This document shows positions 29,102-40,526 of a stretch of DNA of 64,000 nucleotides, piece by piece (within the stretch, counting starts at the first letter, position 1; every line of letters begins with the position of its first letter). A program made the position numbers and the translations under genes. The notes beneath the pieces were generated by a model, which searched no databases, was not told the DNA's origin, and saw nothing but the letters and a program-made list of their open reading frames with translations. Origin of the DNA: an uncultured candidate division Zixibacteria bacterium (GTDB lineage Bacteria; Zixibacteria; MSB-5A5; GN15; FEB-12); assembly GCA_963735035.1 (NCBI GenBank), contig CAVTJJ010000004.1:160001-224000 (forward strand), in the 5' to 3' direction.

Positions 29102-29216
29102 GAGACAATTTGTTGTTTTCGGAATTGCAAATGTTAAAAAGAGTTATGGCTATTGATTCATGTCCCATGATTGGTACCCCACAGCTTGCCGTGGGGCGGG
29201 TGTTACTGCGTGCCTT

Positions 29217-29436
29217 GTAGGTCGGCGTTTCTGAGTCATGAGCGTCGCGAATGACGAGGAAACCCGACATTTCTCCGTGGGCGGCAGACCCCCGGTCTGC
29301 CCCAAGAAATGGGGCACACGAGGACCCCCGATCAAGTCGGGGGCAGGCAGTGTGCCGCCCACCATTCTCGGCAGTTGCTGGTAGAAAAAGTGTCGGGTTG
29401 CGCGCTCAACAAGTCAAAGCGCGTAGCCCGACCTAC
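29217..29436. repeat. REPIN-like inverted pair of GTAG-REPs enclosing a GTGGGCGGCA...TGCCGCCCAC element
   Basis: GTAGGTCGG...AACCCGAC (29217-29268) and GTCGGG...CCCGACCTAC (29391-29436); inner GAGGACCCCCGATCAAGTCGGGGGCAGGC also at ~34838. Confidence 0.8.
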
Positions 29437-29500
29437 GAGCCCAGACAGGATTTCCTTATCTGCACTCCCGAAACCATGGCCTGCTGCCCCCATCTATTTA

Positions 29501-29528
29501 TTGACTGTTGCGGGAAAACCGATATAAT
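29501..29528 (+). promoter_or_regulatory. tRNA promoter
   Basis: TTGACT-N16-TATAAT ending 20 nt before the tRNA. Confidence 0.7.
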
Positions 29529-29547
29529 AGAGGGCTCTTGTGCAACT

Positions 29548-29619
29548 GACCCCGTCGTCTAGTGGTTAGGACACCGCCCTTTCACGGCGGTAACACGGGT
29601 TCGACTCCCGTCGGGGTCA
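29548..29619 (+). tRNA. tRNA-Glu (TTC), CCA not encoded
   Basis: Acceptor stem GACCCCG/CGGGGTC; D-loop TAGTGGTTAGG; anticodon arm CCGCC-CTTTCAC-GGCGG; T-loop GGTTCGACTCC. Confidence 0.97.
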
Positions 29620-29679
29620 TTATTCTTGGGGTCGACCGGCCGGCATGGCTGCACAGATGATAGCGACATTCTTCCCCTC

Positions 29680-30240
29680 ATGACCTGGCTCACCACTCTC
29701 ATCATCGCCATCGGGCTCGGGATGGACGCCTTCGCGGTCGCATTGGCAGTCGGGTGCCGTCTTCCGAAACTGTCATATCGCCCGCTCTTTCGCCTCTCCT
29801 TCCATTTTGGCCTGTTCCAGTTCCTGATGCCGGTCATCGGCTGGTATGGCGGCACACAGATTGAAGAATACATGCAGGGGTTCGATCACTGGCTCGCGTT
29901 TGGGCTGCTGGTGTTTATCGGGGCAAAGATGATTCACGAGTCGTTCAGTTCCGATGACGACTGTGCGCAACGTCCCGATCCGACCCGCAAATGGAGCCTG
30001 ATAGCGCTGTCGGTGGCGACCAGTATCGACGCGCTCGCGGTCGGGTTGAGTATGGCCTTCCTCAAGATAGAGATATGGACACCGAGTGTCGTGATCGGTG
30101 TGGTTGCGGCGGCGATGACTTTGGTAGGGATGATTTCCGGACGACGATTGGGTGTGCGCTTCGGTCGACGGATGGAGTTGATCGGCGGACTCATTCTGAT
30201 AGCGATCGGGATTAAGATTGTCATTGAGCACGTTATGTAG
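29680..30240 (+). CDS. mntP: Manganese efflux pump
   Basis: GLGMDAFAVA, FGLFQFLMP, DHWLAFGLL, ATSIDALAVG, ELIGGLILI.IG. Confidence 0.93.
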   Translation: MTWLTTLIIAIGLGMDAFAVALAVGCRLPKLSYRPLFRLSFHFGLFQFLMPVIGWYGGTQIEEYMQGFDHWLAFGLLVFIGAKMIHESFSSDDDCAQRPDPTRKWSLIALSVATSIDALAVGLSMAFLKIEIWTPSVVIGVVAAAMTLVGMISGRRLGVRFGRRMELIGGLILIAIGIKIVIEHVM

Positions 30241-30267
30241 GGCATGTTCGTATTCGCCGGCTCGCCG

Positions 30268-30449
30268 GGGGCTTGTTGAAAAACCTGTCCCAACGTCATT
30301 GCGAGCGCAGATGACCCACCGTCAGGCGGGACATCGTAGCGCAGCAATCTCAAGATCGTTGCGGTAGTGCAATTTGAGATCGCCACGTCTCGCCCCGAAG
30401 CTCGGTCGAGACTCGCGATGATGGGGAGGAGACTCTTTCAACACTCCCC
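30268..30449. mobile_element. MITE-like element with imperfect terminal inverted repeats around a GTCATTGCGAG...CTCGCGATGA palindrome
   Basis: GGGGCTTGTTGAAAAA versus the reverse complement of TCTTTCAACACTCCCC (13/16 match); inner GCAATCTC/GAGATCGC arms. Confidence 0.5.
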
Positions 30450-30798
30450 GGGGCGAGATTCTTATGACATCGGCCGAAAGGCGGTCACCCCCGAGACGTC
30501 GGGGGTCTATGGGCTGCCGCGATTGAGTTAGAATCAGCACAATCGAGAGAACTGACGACCGTAGACATTCTTCTCTTGTATGGACCATTAGGTGCGCAGA
30601 AGACATTCACATCCAGCAACTGACTCTCAAGTGATCCCTTCACATTCTGCCAACGCGAGTGGTCATGGGTGCCCGACCAAGTCGGGCATGACGGGGCTAG
30701 GCGTCCTGTTTCAGAGCCGACCAACCCATGGCAATTGTGGGAAAACAGGTACGAGCTGGCAAATGTGGACCCGTCGCTGTGACCGGGCACGATAAGTC

Positions 30799-30879
30799 TG
30801 TGGCTGGCGGACGTCCCCGTCCACCAGCTTTCTGTACTCATCCAGGTATGTTGGCGCACGAGGACGTACGCCAACCACA
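30799..30879. repeat. REPIN-like GTGG-footed inverted doublet
   Basis: GTGGCTGGCGGACGTCCCCGTCCACCAGC and the inverted GTTGGCGCACGAGGACGTACGCCAACCAC. Confidence 0.6.
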
Positions 30880-31001
30880 ATAATATCCAACGAAGAGATC
30901 CCATGATCTTGACAGATCGGGCCGGATGTCGTTCATTGGTGTATTCCCAATCCGCCTACAGAGGCATCAATTGTGGGATAGACCGACAGGAGGTACGTCC
31001 A

Positions 31002-31514
31002 GTGTCCACGAACCGCGTCGCATTACTGCTTGTAGTCGCTATGTTCTTCTTGTGGCAGCCGGTCGCCTCTCAAGTAACGTCTACAGGCAAATACCGGGTA
31101 AAGCTGAACACGGGGGAACGCTTTGTACTCACATCCGCTACACTTACAAGCGATAGTTTGACCGGGTCTAAAGGTGGTGTCACCCGATCTATCCCATGTC
31201 GAGCCATTCAGTCACTCGAGCATTCGACCGGCGACCACGGCGGGCAGGGTGCTGTGATAGGCCTGGCTCTCGGCTTAACGGGCGCGCTGGTGAGCATCCT
31301 GATGGACAAAAATGATGATTCGGCTGTCGTTCAAGATAGGGACCACGACTTAAAGGTTTTGCTTAGATTAGCAGGAATCGCTGCCAGCGGTACACTAGTG
31401 GGGCTATCATTTGGTCAAGCCTCCGACCGATGGGAGCCTATCCCATGGGGCTCAGTAGTCGGCGGTCGGGCTGATTCCGGTGAACTGAAGCTTCAATTCA
31501 GCCTGAGGTTTTGA
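31002..31514 (+). CDS. Hypothetical secreted protein with glycine-zipper TM hairpin (paralog 1)
   Basis: AGGAGG RBS and GTG start; NRVALLLV..WQPVASQ..GKYRVKLNTGERF; C-terminal Phe. Confidence 0.75.
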   Translation: MSTNRVALLLVVAMFFLWQPVASQVTSTGKYRVKLNTGERFVLTSATLTSDSLTGSKGGVTRSIPCRAIQSLEHSTGDHGGQGAVIGLALGLTGALVSILMDKNDDSAVVQDRDHDLKVLLRLAGIAASGTLVGLSFGQASDRWEPIPWGSVVGGRADSGELKLQFSLRF

Positions 31515-31597
31515 CGGCTTTGTCGTGGGCACTGTCACCCGCTGGTCCGCTGGCAGATGACTAAACCAAAGTGATGATTAGATAGGAAGTATTTCCA

Positions 31598-32110
31598 GTG
31601 TTTATGAACCGCATCGCATTACTGCTTGTAATCGCACTGATTTCGCTATGGCAGCCGGTTGCATCTCAAACAAGAGAGTCCGGTAAATTCCGGGTCGAGT
31701 TGAACAACGGAGAACGCTTTGCGCTGACGTCCGTCAGTCTTACGTCAGATAGATTGACGGGGGTCAAGAGAGGTGATACCATATCCTTTCCGACCCTCAC
31801 TGTACATTCGCTTGACCGCTATGTAGGCAGGGGTTACAACACGGGTGCCGTCATAGGCGCCGCTGTCGTTGTGACATGTGCGTTGGTGGCGACCCTGAAG
31901 ATCGATTCTGACGCCTCAGCCCTTCTGCGAGCAAAAGAAGACGACAGCAATATAGCACCTGAGGTATTCGGATACGTCGCCGGCGGCACGTTACTGGGAA
32001 TAGCTATTGGGGCAGCCTTTGAGAAATGGGAGAGTGTCCCGGTGAGCGGCTCTTTCGGTTATCAGCCTGATGCAGGAGCTTTGAGATTTCAGATCAGCCT
32101 GGCCTTCTGA
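31598..32110 (+). CDS. Hypothetical secreted protein with glycine-zipper TM hairpin (paralog 2)
   Basis: NRIALLLV..WQPVASQ..GKFRVELNNGERF; same length and layout as the upstream gene. Confidence 0.75.
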   Translation: MFMNRIALLLVIALISLWQPVASQTRESGKFRVELNNGERFALTSVSLTSDRLTGVKRGDTISFPTLTVHSLDRYVGRGYNTGAVIGAAVVVTCALVATLKIDSDASALLRAKEDDSNIAPEVFGYVAGGTLLGIAIGAAFEKWESVPVSGSFGYQPDAGALRFQISLAF

Positions 32111-32410
32111 CAGATATCTTCCCGGCCGTTTAGTCCTTGTCCGACAGTGAAATATCGAAGCAGTGTCCAGCTTTCTCGCACCGCTTGCCCCTGAGAAAGA
32201 TATCTCGTATCATCTCCTAATTGTAGGTCGGGACCCTTGTGCCTGCTCGCCGAGGCGAAGTCCCGCCGACGATGAATTCGAAACCGGCAGATGTGGACAT
32301 CTGCCGTGCACAGTTTAGTTCGAAGCCGGCAGATGCGGGTCCGCCGCGGCGGACCGTGCACAGTTAATTAGGCCGGGGCCACACACTACGCGCCCCGACG
32401 GAGGTTTGAT

Positions 32411-34037
<1,627 letters not shown>

Positions 34038-34325
34038 GGTGAAATCGTCATCCCCGCCCCCAAGAAGTCATGCCCCGGCTTGACCGGGGCACCCAAGGGT
34101 TGTCAATCAATTGCCCGGCAGATACCCACATCTGCCGGGTTTCTGTTGTAGGTCGTAACCAGCCCGCTTCGGGCGACTGCTTGACGTGGCGGAGTTTCGA
34201 CATCGCACGGCGTGATTGACAAGCGCTGATTACTGAACTATCATTCCATCATGGCGAGAAATTGTGTGGGATCTATTAGACAAACGTACAAGCGTAGCCC
34301 GATAACTTAACGAGAAGGAGTTCGT

Positions 34326-34748
34326 ATGACTCTTGGGGCAAAGCCAGTCGCTGGGGACAAGATGCCTGAGTTGTCAACGGCAATCGAGGAGTACAAACTG
34401 TTAACGGAAGAATTCCGTTTCCTAATGACCAGGTGCATGCAAGCCGGGGCGCTGTGCTTGGCGATAAGTGGGTTTGCAGCCAAGTTGATCTCGGACACGA
34501 AGTCAGCTGAAACCGCACTTCTACTAGCTGTCCTCACGTTTGTCCTTAATTCTGGCATCTTCTACGTTGCTCATCACTTCCGGAGCATGATATATCACGT
34601 ATTGAACCGTCTGGTGTTCCTATCGGAGCAACTTGGCACACAGCAGCCTCACCCTGTGATGTGGGGTTACTACACTTGGGTGGTTGTATTTGGGCTGATT
34701 CAGATCGCACTTGCAGCTCTTCTCGTCCTGTGTATGCAGAGGATGTAG
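34326..34748 (+). CDS. Hypothetical 3-TM membrane protein
   Basis: AAGGAG RBS; EEYK helix followed by three hydrophobic segments; lower GC than neighbours. Confidence 0.65.
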   Translation: MTLGAKPVAGDKMPELSTAIEEYKLLTEEFRFLMTRCMQAGALCLAISGFAAKLISDTKSAETALLLAVLTFVLNSGIFYVAHHFRSMIYHVLNRLVFLSEQLGTQQPHPVMWGYYTWVVVFGLIQIALAALLVLCMQRM

Positions 34749-34804
34749 AGTAGGATTATCCGCCATTGCCTGGTGGCCCACCCTATGGGTGGGTCTTCTG
34801 ACAA

Positions 34805-34990
34805 TTCTCGCCCAGAGGATGCGGCCAAGGGGCAGACGAGGACCCCCGATCAAGTCGGGGGCAGGCTTTGCCGCCCACTTCATGTCGGGTTGCTCGTGTC
34901 TCGCGTCGCTCGACCCTCGTGAACCCGACCTACGAAGAACCGCGTCAGGTCACACGCCCCGCAACGGGGCGCAGGACCTGACGCAACCTT
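34805..34990. repeat. Composite REP cluster
   Basis: CCCCCGATCAAGTCGGGGG module; GTCGGGTTGCTCGT...GAACCCGACCTAC (34883-34933, similar to 48933-48983); GCGTCAGGTCACACGCCCCGCAACGGGGCGCAGGACC (also at 36685). Confidence 0.85.
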
Positions 34991-35043
34991 ATCAGGTGGG
35001 CCAGCCGGACAACGCACTTTCGCCCGGTGGCAGTCCAAGCACC

Positions 35044-35979
35044 TTACATGTTCTTCCTGAAGAACTCCGCGGTGCGCTCGAAGAACTCATCCCAGTACAT
35101 TCCCTCGGGGCCGTCCGGCCCACCGTGAGCGGTGCCGGGCGCGATCCAGAGTTCCTTGGGCCCTTTAAGCTCGGCCATGACTTTCTCGGACATCCACGGC
35201 GGCGTGCGATCGTCCTTCTCACCAACGATCAGAAAGACCGGAATCTTCATGTTCCGCGCGGCGTTCACCGGATTGAGTTCATTCGGATAGTCGGCCGGAG
35301 CGCGAAGATCCCGGTCGGGCTTGAGGGCCCGGACAATCGGCAGCACGTCGTCGAACGAAGTCATCAGCGCCCGCCCGACAAAGGCGGCAACGTCGTCTCG
35401 GGAAGCGGCGACCGAAAACGCCACATAGGCCCCGGTGGAGCATCCGAAAAGGCCGATTCGTCCGGTATCAACTTCCGGCTGCTGCTTGACGAAATCGATC
35501 GCGGCGTGGCAGTCGGTAAGGAATTCGGTGTAGCACAGGTTGTCCCTCTCGATCGGCCAGTCCTCGGACTGCCCGAACCCGCGCCAGTCGAAGAGAAGCA
35601 CGTTGAACCCGCGAGTACAGAAGTTGTAGGCATAGGGGATGAATTGCGTCATGTTACCGCCGTCCGCCTCGCAGATGACGATGGTCGGGCGCGCCAGACT
35701 ATCAAGGGTGGCGTACGGCCTTCCTGAACGCTTCAGGTGCGGCTCAACCGGAACGTGGCCCACAAGCTGGTTGAAGATGCCGGCCGTATCCTGGGCCGGA
35801 AAGAACCAGCCGTGGATCGTGAGGCTGTCTTTGGTTTCGAACGAAACCTCGCGATAGATGATGTCGTACTCCGACGGAACGGCGGCGTACTCCTTCAGCG
35901 GCTTGAGGGCGAAGGCGGTGCTGACAAAACCAACGATGAGCACCGGCGTCAACAGGGCAGTAATTCTGGAAAAGATCAT
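35044..35979 (-). CDS. Secreted alpha/beta hydrolase
   Basis: FDWRGFGQS, G-C-S-T-G nucleophile elbow, GEKDD, AHG. Confidence 0.88.
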   Translation of the reverse strand: MIFSRITALLTPVLIVGFVSTAFALKPLKEYAAVPSEYDIIYREVSFETKDSLTIHGWFFPAQDTAGIFNQLVGHVPVEPHLKRSGRPYATLDSLARPTIVICEADGGNMTQFIPYAYNFCTRGFNVLLFDWRGFGQSEDWPIERDNLCYTEFLTDCHAAIDFVKQQPEVDTGRIGLFGCSTGAYVAFSVAASRDDVAAFVGRALMTSFDDVLPIVRALKPDRDLRAPADYPNELNPVNAARNMKIPVFLIVGEKDDRTPPWMSEKVMAELKGPKELWIAPGTAHGGPDGPEGMYWDEFFERTAEFFRKNM

Positions 35980-36114
35980 TTGGCGGAATCCTGTCTAGGC
36001 ATTTCAATTGAACTTGATATGATCGAGGCCGCGCAGTGGTTCCCGGGAGTTCCGGGTCGAAGTCAGCCCGCCATTCTGCGTGGCGGTTTTGACAGATTGC
36101 GAACACAGACCGAT

Positions 36115-36558
36115 TTATGCCCCCCCACCTTCCTTCTTCTCCATTGCTGCTTTCTTGCGGGCGGCACGACGTTCGGCATCGTCAGTCCGCACTTGGTCGG
36201 CGAACTGTGCGACATCCACCGATTCCAATTCAGCCGCGATCTCTTTCCACTTGCTTGGCCAATCATCAGAACGGGTGTAGGCTCGACCGGCAGGATCACG
36301 GTGAAGACAACGGCTGTCGACCAGGTACCGTCTCAATTCGACCGCATCCGTCTGCAGATTGCTGCCGACTGTCGATAGACATCGGCCCAGCAGCTCGGTA
36401 ATTTCCTTCTCGGTATACGTGGCATGCTTGGGAATGGTTAATGCCGCCGCGACGACAATAATCCCCATATCCGAGTCGCTCAGGTTGCTTATGACGATTT
36501 CATTCCTGAGGAGGAGATGTTTGAATCGGTCCAGTGTGGGGGGCAAAATGTTTGCCAT
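36115..36558 (-). CDS. DUF2087-like protein
   Basis: YTEKEI..L...DAVELRRYLVD..L.RD..G..Y motif. Confidence 0.75.
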   Translation of the reverse strand: MANILPPTLDRFKHLLLRNEIVISNLSDSDMGIIVVAAALTIPKHATYTEKEITELLGRCLSTVGSNLQTDAVELRRYLVDSRCLHRDPAGRAYTRSDDWPSKWKEIAAELESVDVAQFADQVRTDDAERRAARKKAAMEKKEGGGA

Positions 36559-36757
36559 GCGACAAACTTACAATTGTTGTGTTCCCCGGTCAAGCCAGAG
36601 GATGACAGAGAGAGGTGCCGGAGGATGACAGAGTGGGGCGCGTGGTATTACGACTTGATGTTCCAAATTGGAACTTCAAGTTGGGCGTCAGGTCACACGC
36701 CCCGCAACGGGGCGCAGGACCCGACGCAACCACCTATGGCAGTCCAGATCGGTAAGC

Positions 36758-37372
36758 CTAGAATATAAACGCCGTCAGACCGAGACCGACCCGGATAGTT
36801 GTCCCAGACTGCGAATTGAATCCTTCGGACTTCCAGGAGTCCCCCTGGACCTTGACGGAGAAATCGGTTCCGACCGCGCTCGAGATCATATAGAGCAAGC
36901 CGACCCTGCCGCCGTACTGCGTGATGCTTGGCCCCTCGCCGTGCTCGTAGTGGATTGTCCCGAAGTTCAGAAAACCGCGACCGTAGGCGTAGAAGGCACC
37001 CTTGTTATCAGTCTCAGTCGGATTGATCTTGAAATAATACCCCAGGGATGGCCCCACCGCGAAGCTGTTCACTTTGTTGTGTCCGGCCGATACGGATTGA
37101 TACCCCGCTTGTATGCCGAAACAGAACCCGTCGGACACGAAATAGCTGAATAGCGGGGTGACCTCCATTTGAAGCAGTCCGTGCGCAACCGAACCTATCC
37201 CTACTTCGGACGGGGAGTCTCCCTCAGAGTTCGTCCACAAGTCTCCCGAGTAGCTCTGGAAATAGAAACTGCCGTCAAGCATCATACTCCCCTTGCTGAT
37301 GGGAGTTTCGGCCGCAGCGGCCGCCCCGGTCAGCGCCGCTATCACCACAAAAACCAAGCAGGTGGTACGCAT
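36758..37372 (-). CDS. Outer-membrane beta-barrel protein
   Basis: Signal peptide, KGSMML start, YFVSDG, GPSLGYYF, C-terminal Phe. Confidence 0.8.
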   Translation of the reverse strand: MRTTCLVFVVIAALTGAAAAAETPISKGSMMLDGSFYFQSYSGDLWTNSEGDSPSEVGIGSVAHGLLQMEVTPLFSYFVSDGFCFGIQAGYQSVSAGHNKVNSFAVGPSLGYYFKINPTETDNKGAFYAYGRGFLNFGTIHYEHGEGPSITQYGGRVGLLYMISSAVGTDFSVKVQGDSWKSEGFNSQSGTTIRVGLGLTAFIF

Positions 37373-37616
37373 GATATGGTCCTTTCTTCCGTCCTTGTGC
37401 GATTATTGATTGTGCCGCGTTTGTCTGCCTGAAGCTAGAACACCGACGGTCTCAGAGCAATGAATATTCTGTGAGGACTGTGGACCACCTCTTTCGTGGG
37501 TTTCTAAAGAAACCCTTGGGTCCCCCGGTCAAGCAGGAGGAAGACGTCCTTTCGGCCGTCCTTTCCCCCCCGTCTCTTTTGTTGATTTCGCCGCCTGACA
37601 TCTCCATCATCCCGCG

Positions 37617-38945
37617 ATGACGTACTCGGCGGGAAAGTTCATCCTTATCGCCCTGTTTACCGTTCTGTTGGTGGTCCTGGTCAACCTGGTCTGGTGGGTC
37701 AACTACCAGCGGACCGAACAGATGCTCTCCGAGCAGCTCGGGCGGCGTCTCGGCGCGGCGGCCTCGTCGGCGGCCGTCTGTTTTTCGCCTGAACAAGTCG
37801 ATTCACTCCGGTTGGGAAGCGCCGATGTCTACCTGCGCGCATCGGGTATCCTGGAACGCATCCGCCAGTCGGATTCGCTCTCCGAAGTCTTCATCCTCGA
37901 CGAGAACTATCTCTACCTGGCGACCACCCTCATCGAGGCGGACTCGGCCTATTTTCTCGCCGATATCCACGGTCCCGAAATTGATTCCGTTCTCTACCAG
38001 CTCACTCCGGGGGTCTGTCTGACTCCAACGTATAATTCAGGCTCCGTCTATCTGAAGACCGCGTTCGCGCCACTTATGGGCAGCGACGGCCTCGCCGCCG
38101 CCGTACTCGGGGTGGAAGCCAATGTTGACTATTTCGATTCCCTCGCCTCGTTGCGTCGCAATTTGTACTATGCGACCGGGATTTCGCTTCTGGCGGGGCT
38201 ACTCTTAGGTGGCCTATTTCTCTGGGGACAGCGGCGGATCAACACTGCCGAGGAGAGATTGTTTCTTGGCGAGACCCACGCCCATCTGGGCAAGATGGTG
38301 GCGGTCGTGGCGCACGAACTCCGCAACCCGCTCATGATTATCCGTGGTTCCGCCGAACGGTTGGTCAAGAAGACCGACGGGCCCGAGGCCGGCTACGTAG
38401 TCGAGGAAGTCGATCGCCTCAACCAGATCGTTACCGGCTATCTGGATTTCGCCCGCGCAGGGGGGTCGCTTCTTAGCACCGAGAGTCTCGCAGAGACAAG
38501 GCTCGCCGAGCTCGCAGCCGGTATCAGAAAACATCTCGCCGAGAAGTACTCAGGGCAGGAGATCGAATGGACTGGGGCCGAAATCGCCCCAGATTTGGCT
38601 ATGACCGGCTACCCTCGCTCCCTCCGCCAGGTGTTGCTCAATCTGTTGTTCAACGGAGTGGAGTCTTGTCTCGCGGCCGGAAGACCGGCGTCGGTGGGGC
38701 TCGATATCAATTTGCAGGGCGAAAAGGTTGAGTTCGTGGTGAAAGACCTCGGAGCGGGGATGTCGCGCAAGGAGCAACGGCGCGCCTTTACCCCCTTTCA
38801 TACCACCAAGCAGACCGGGTCAGGGCTCGGGCTCTATCTCAGCCGTACGTTGGTAAATGAAATGGGGGGCGAGATTACTTTGAATTCAACGCCGGGCCGG
38901 GGGACGGTCATCACTATGATTCTGCCTCTGAGGCCGAAGGGATAA
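37617..38945 (+). CDS. Sensor histidine kinase
   Basis: Two TM segments; AHELRNPL H-box; N-box; DLGAGM; GSGLGL. Confidence 0.95.
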   Translation: MTYSAGKFILIALFTVLLVVLVNLVWWVNYQRTEQMLSEQLGRRLGAAASSAAVCFSPEQVDSLRLGSADVYLRASGILERIRQSDSLSEVFILDENYLYLATTLIEADSAYFLADIHGPEIDSVLYQLTPGVCLTPTYNSGSVYLKTAFAPLMGSDGLAAAVLGVEANVDYFDSLASLRRNLYYATGISLLAGLLLGGLFLWGQRRINTAEERLFLGETHAHLGKMVAVVAHELRNPLMIIRGSAERLVKKTDGPEAGYVVEEVDRLNQIVTGYLDFARAGGSLLSTESLAETRLAELAAGIRKHLAEKYSGQEIEWTGAEIAPDLAMTGYPRSLRQVLLNLLFNGVESCLAAGRPASVGLDINLQGEKVEFVVKDLGAGMSRKEQRRAFTPFHTTKQTGSGLGLYLSRTLVNEMGGEITLNSTPGRGTVITMILPLRPKG

Positions 38946-38949
38946 GAGC

Positions 38950-40282
38950 ATGGCGACTATATTGGTTGTAGACGACGAACCGAAAATGACCTCGCTGATC
39001 TGCGGCGCGCTCGAAGATGAAAAGCATCGGGTGACTACGACGGTCGACCCGCGCGAGGCGCTATCTCTGATTGAGCAACATTCTTTCGATCTGGTTATCA
39101 CCGATCTGGCCATGCCGCAGGTTTCCGGTATGGACGTTCTGGACAAGGCGCTGGCCCAGGGTGGTTGCGATGTCATCATGATGACCGCCTACGGGACGGC
39201 GGAGACGGCGGTGGCAGCGATGAAAAAAGGGGCGGCCGACTATCTCATCAAGCCGTTCTCGCTCGACGAGCTGGTGCTGCTGGTGAACCGCCTGACCGAG
39301 AAACGTCGCACCGAGTCGCTGGCCGATCATTTTCAGCAGGAGGCACGAGCGGGTCAGTCGAGCCGATTCGTAGGATCGTCTCCGGCGGCTGTACGCGTAC
39401 AGCGTTTGATCGAACAGGTGGCGCCAACCGAGGCGACCGTGCTTGTAACCGGCCGATCCGGCACCGGCAAAGAACTGGCGGCCCGGATGATTCACGACCT
39501 CTCCCCCCGCTCGGCCCGGCCGTTTATCGCCGTAAACGCCGCCGCCCTGCCGGAAACCTTGCTCGAGTCCGAATTGTTCGGTCACGAAAAGGGAGCTTTC
39601 ACCGGGGCGATCAACCGTAAACTGGGACGGTTCGAGCTGGCCGACAAGGGGACGATCTTCCTCGACGAAATCGGCGAGGTCTCCCCCGCGGTTCAGTCCA
39701 AACTGCTGCGCGTGCTCGAAGAGCGGCAGCTTGTCCGCGTGGGCGGGGTGGATACGATCGATATCGATGTACGAGTCGTAGTGGCTACCAACAAGAACCT
39801 GAAAGACGAAATTCGGGCCGGGCGGTTTCGTGAGGATCTCTTCTTCCGCCTGAATGTATTTCCGATCGAACTTCCCCCCCTGGCTCAACGCGGTAAAGAC
39901 GTTGGCGAACTGGCCGAGTTCTTTCTTAAGTCCCAGGGATTCAAGCACCCGGTCTTGGACGAGTCGATCCGGGAGCTGTTTCTGGAATATGACTGGCCGG
40001 GGAATATCCGGGAGTTGAGGAACGTGCTCGAACGGGCGGTGATCCTGTCAGGTGGCGGGCCGCTTACGCTGGACTGTTTCGATCTCGAAACCGACGACGA
40101 GCCGATCGGCGGCTTGACCGCGGGTGGGTTGCCCAATTCCGGGCTGGACAACACAGAAAAAGGGAATGATCCTGGCCGCCCTGGAGAAAGCCGGCGGGAA
40201 CAAGACCGACGCCGCCCGGATGCTCAAGATCACCCGAAGACGGTTGTACAGCCGGATGAAAGTGCATGGGCTGCATCCTTGA
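38950..40282 (+). CDS. NtrC-family sigma54-dependent response regulator; frameshift ~40160 before the Fis HTH
   Basis: Receiver domain; GRSGTGKE, ESELFGHEKGAFTGA, FLDEIGE, WPGNIREL. A shifted frame gives MILAALEKAGGNKTDAARMLKITRRRLYSRMK to TGA 40280-40282. Confidence 0.92.
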
Positions 40283-40483
40283 ATCGGTTCTGGGACGCGG
40301 GAGCATCTAACGTGCTCCCAATTCGCGGGAGCACGCGAGGATAGATAGAAGAGGTTAGTATTTGTCCGAGTATGGGCCGGATGGGTCGTCGGATGTACCG
40401 GGCCGTACGCCCGAACCCGGCTCAGAGACGGTAGAAACAGGTTAATTGCTTGCATGATACAAAGTTGCCATATTGCCCCGGGC

Positions 40484-40499
40484 CGGCATCGGTTTTGAT
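40484..40499 (+). promoter_or_regulatory. Candidate sigma54 (-24/-12) promoter
   Basis: CGGCATCGGTTTTGAT: GG-N10-GA spacing (a variant of GG-N10-GC), 28 nt before the GTG at 40527. Confidence 0.45.
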
Positions 40500-40526
40500 C
40501 TTCACCCTGCCGGAAAGAGGTGCTCC

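Noticed and set aside
29638..29680. GGCCGGCATGG matches the start of the HDV ribozyme
   Set aside because: No complementary P1 strand or nested pseudoknot follows.
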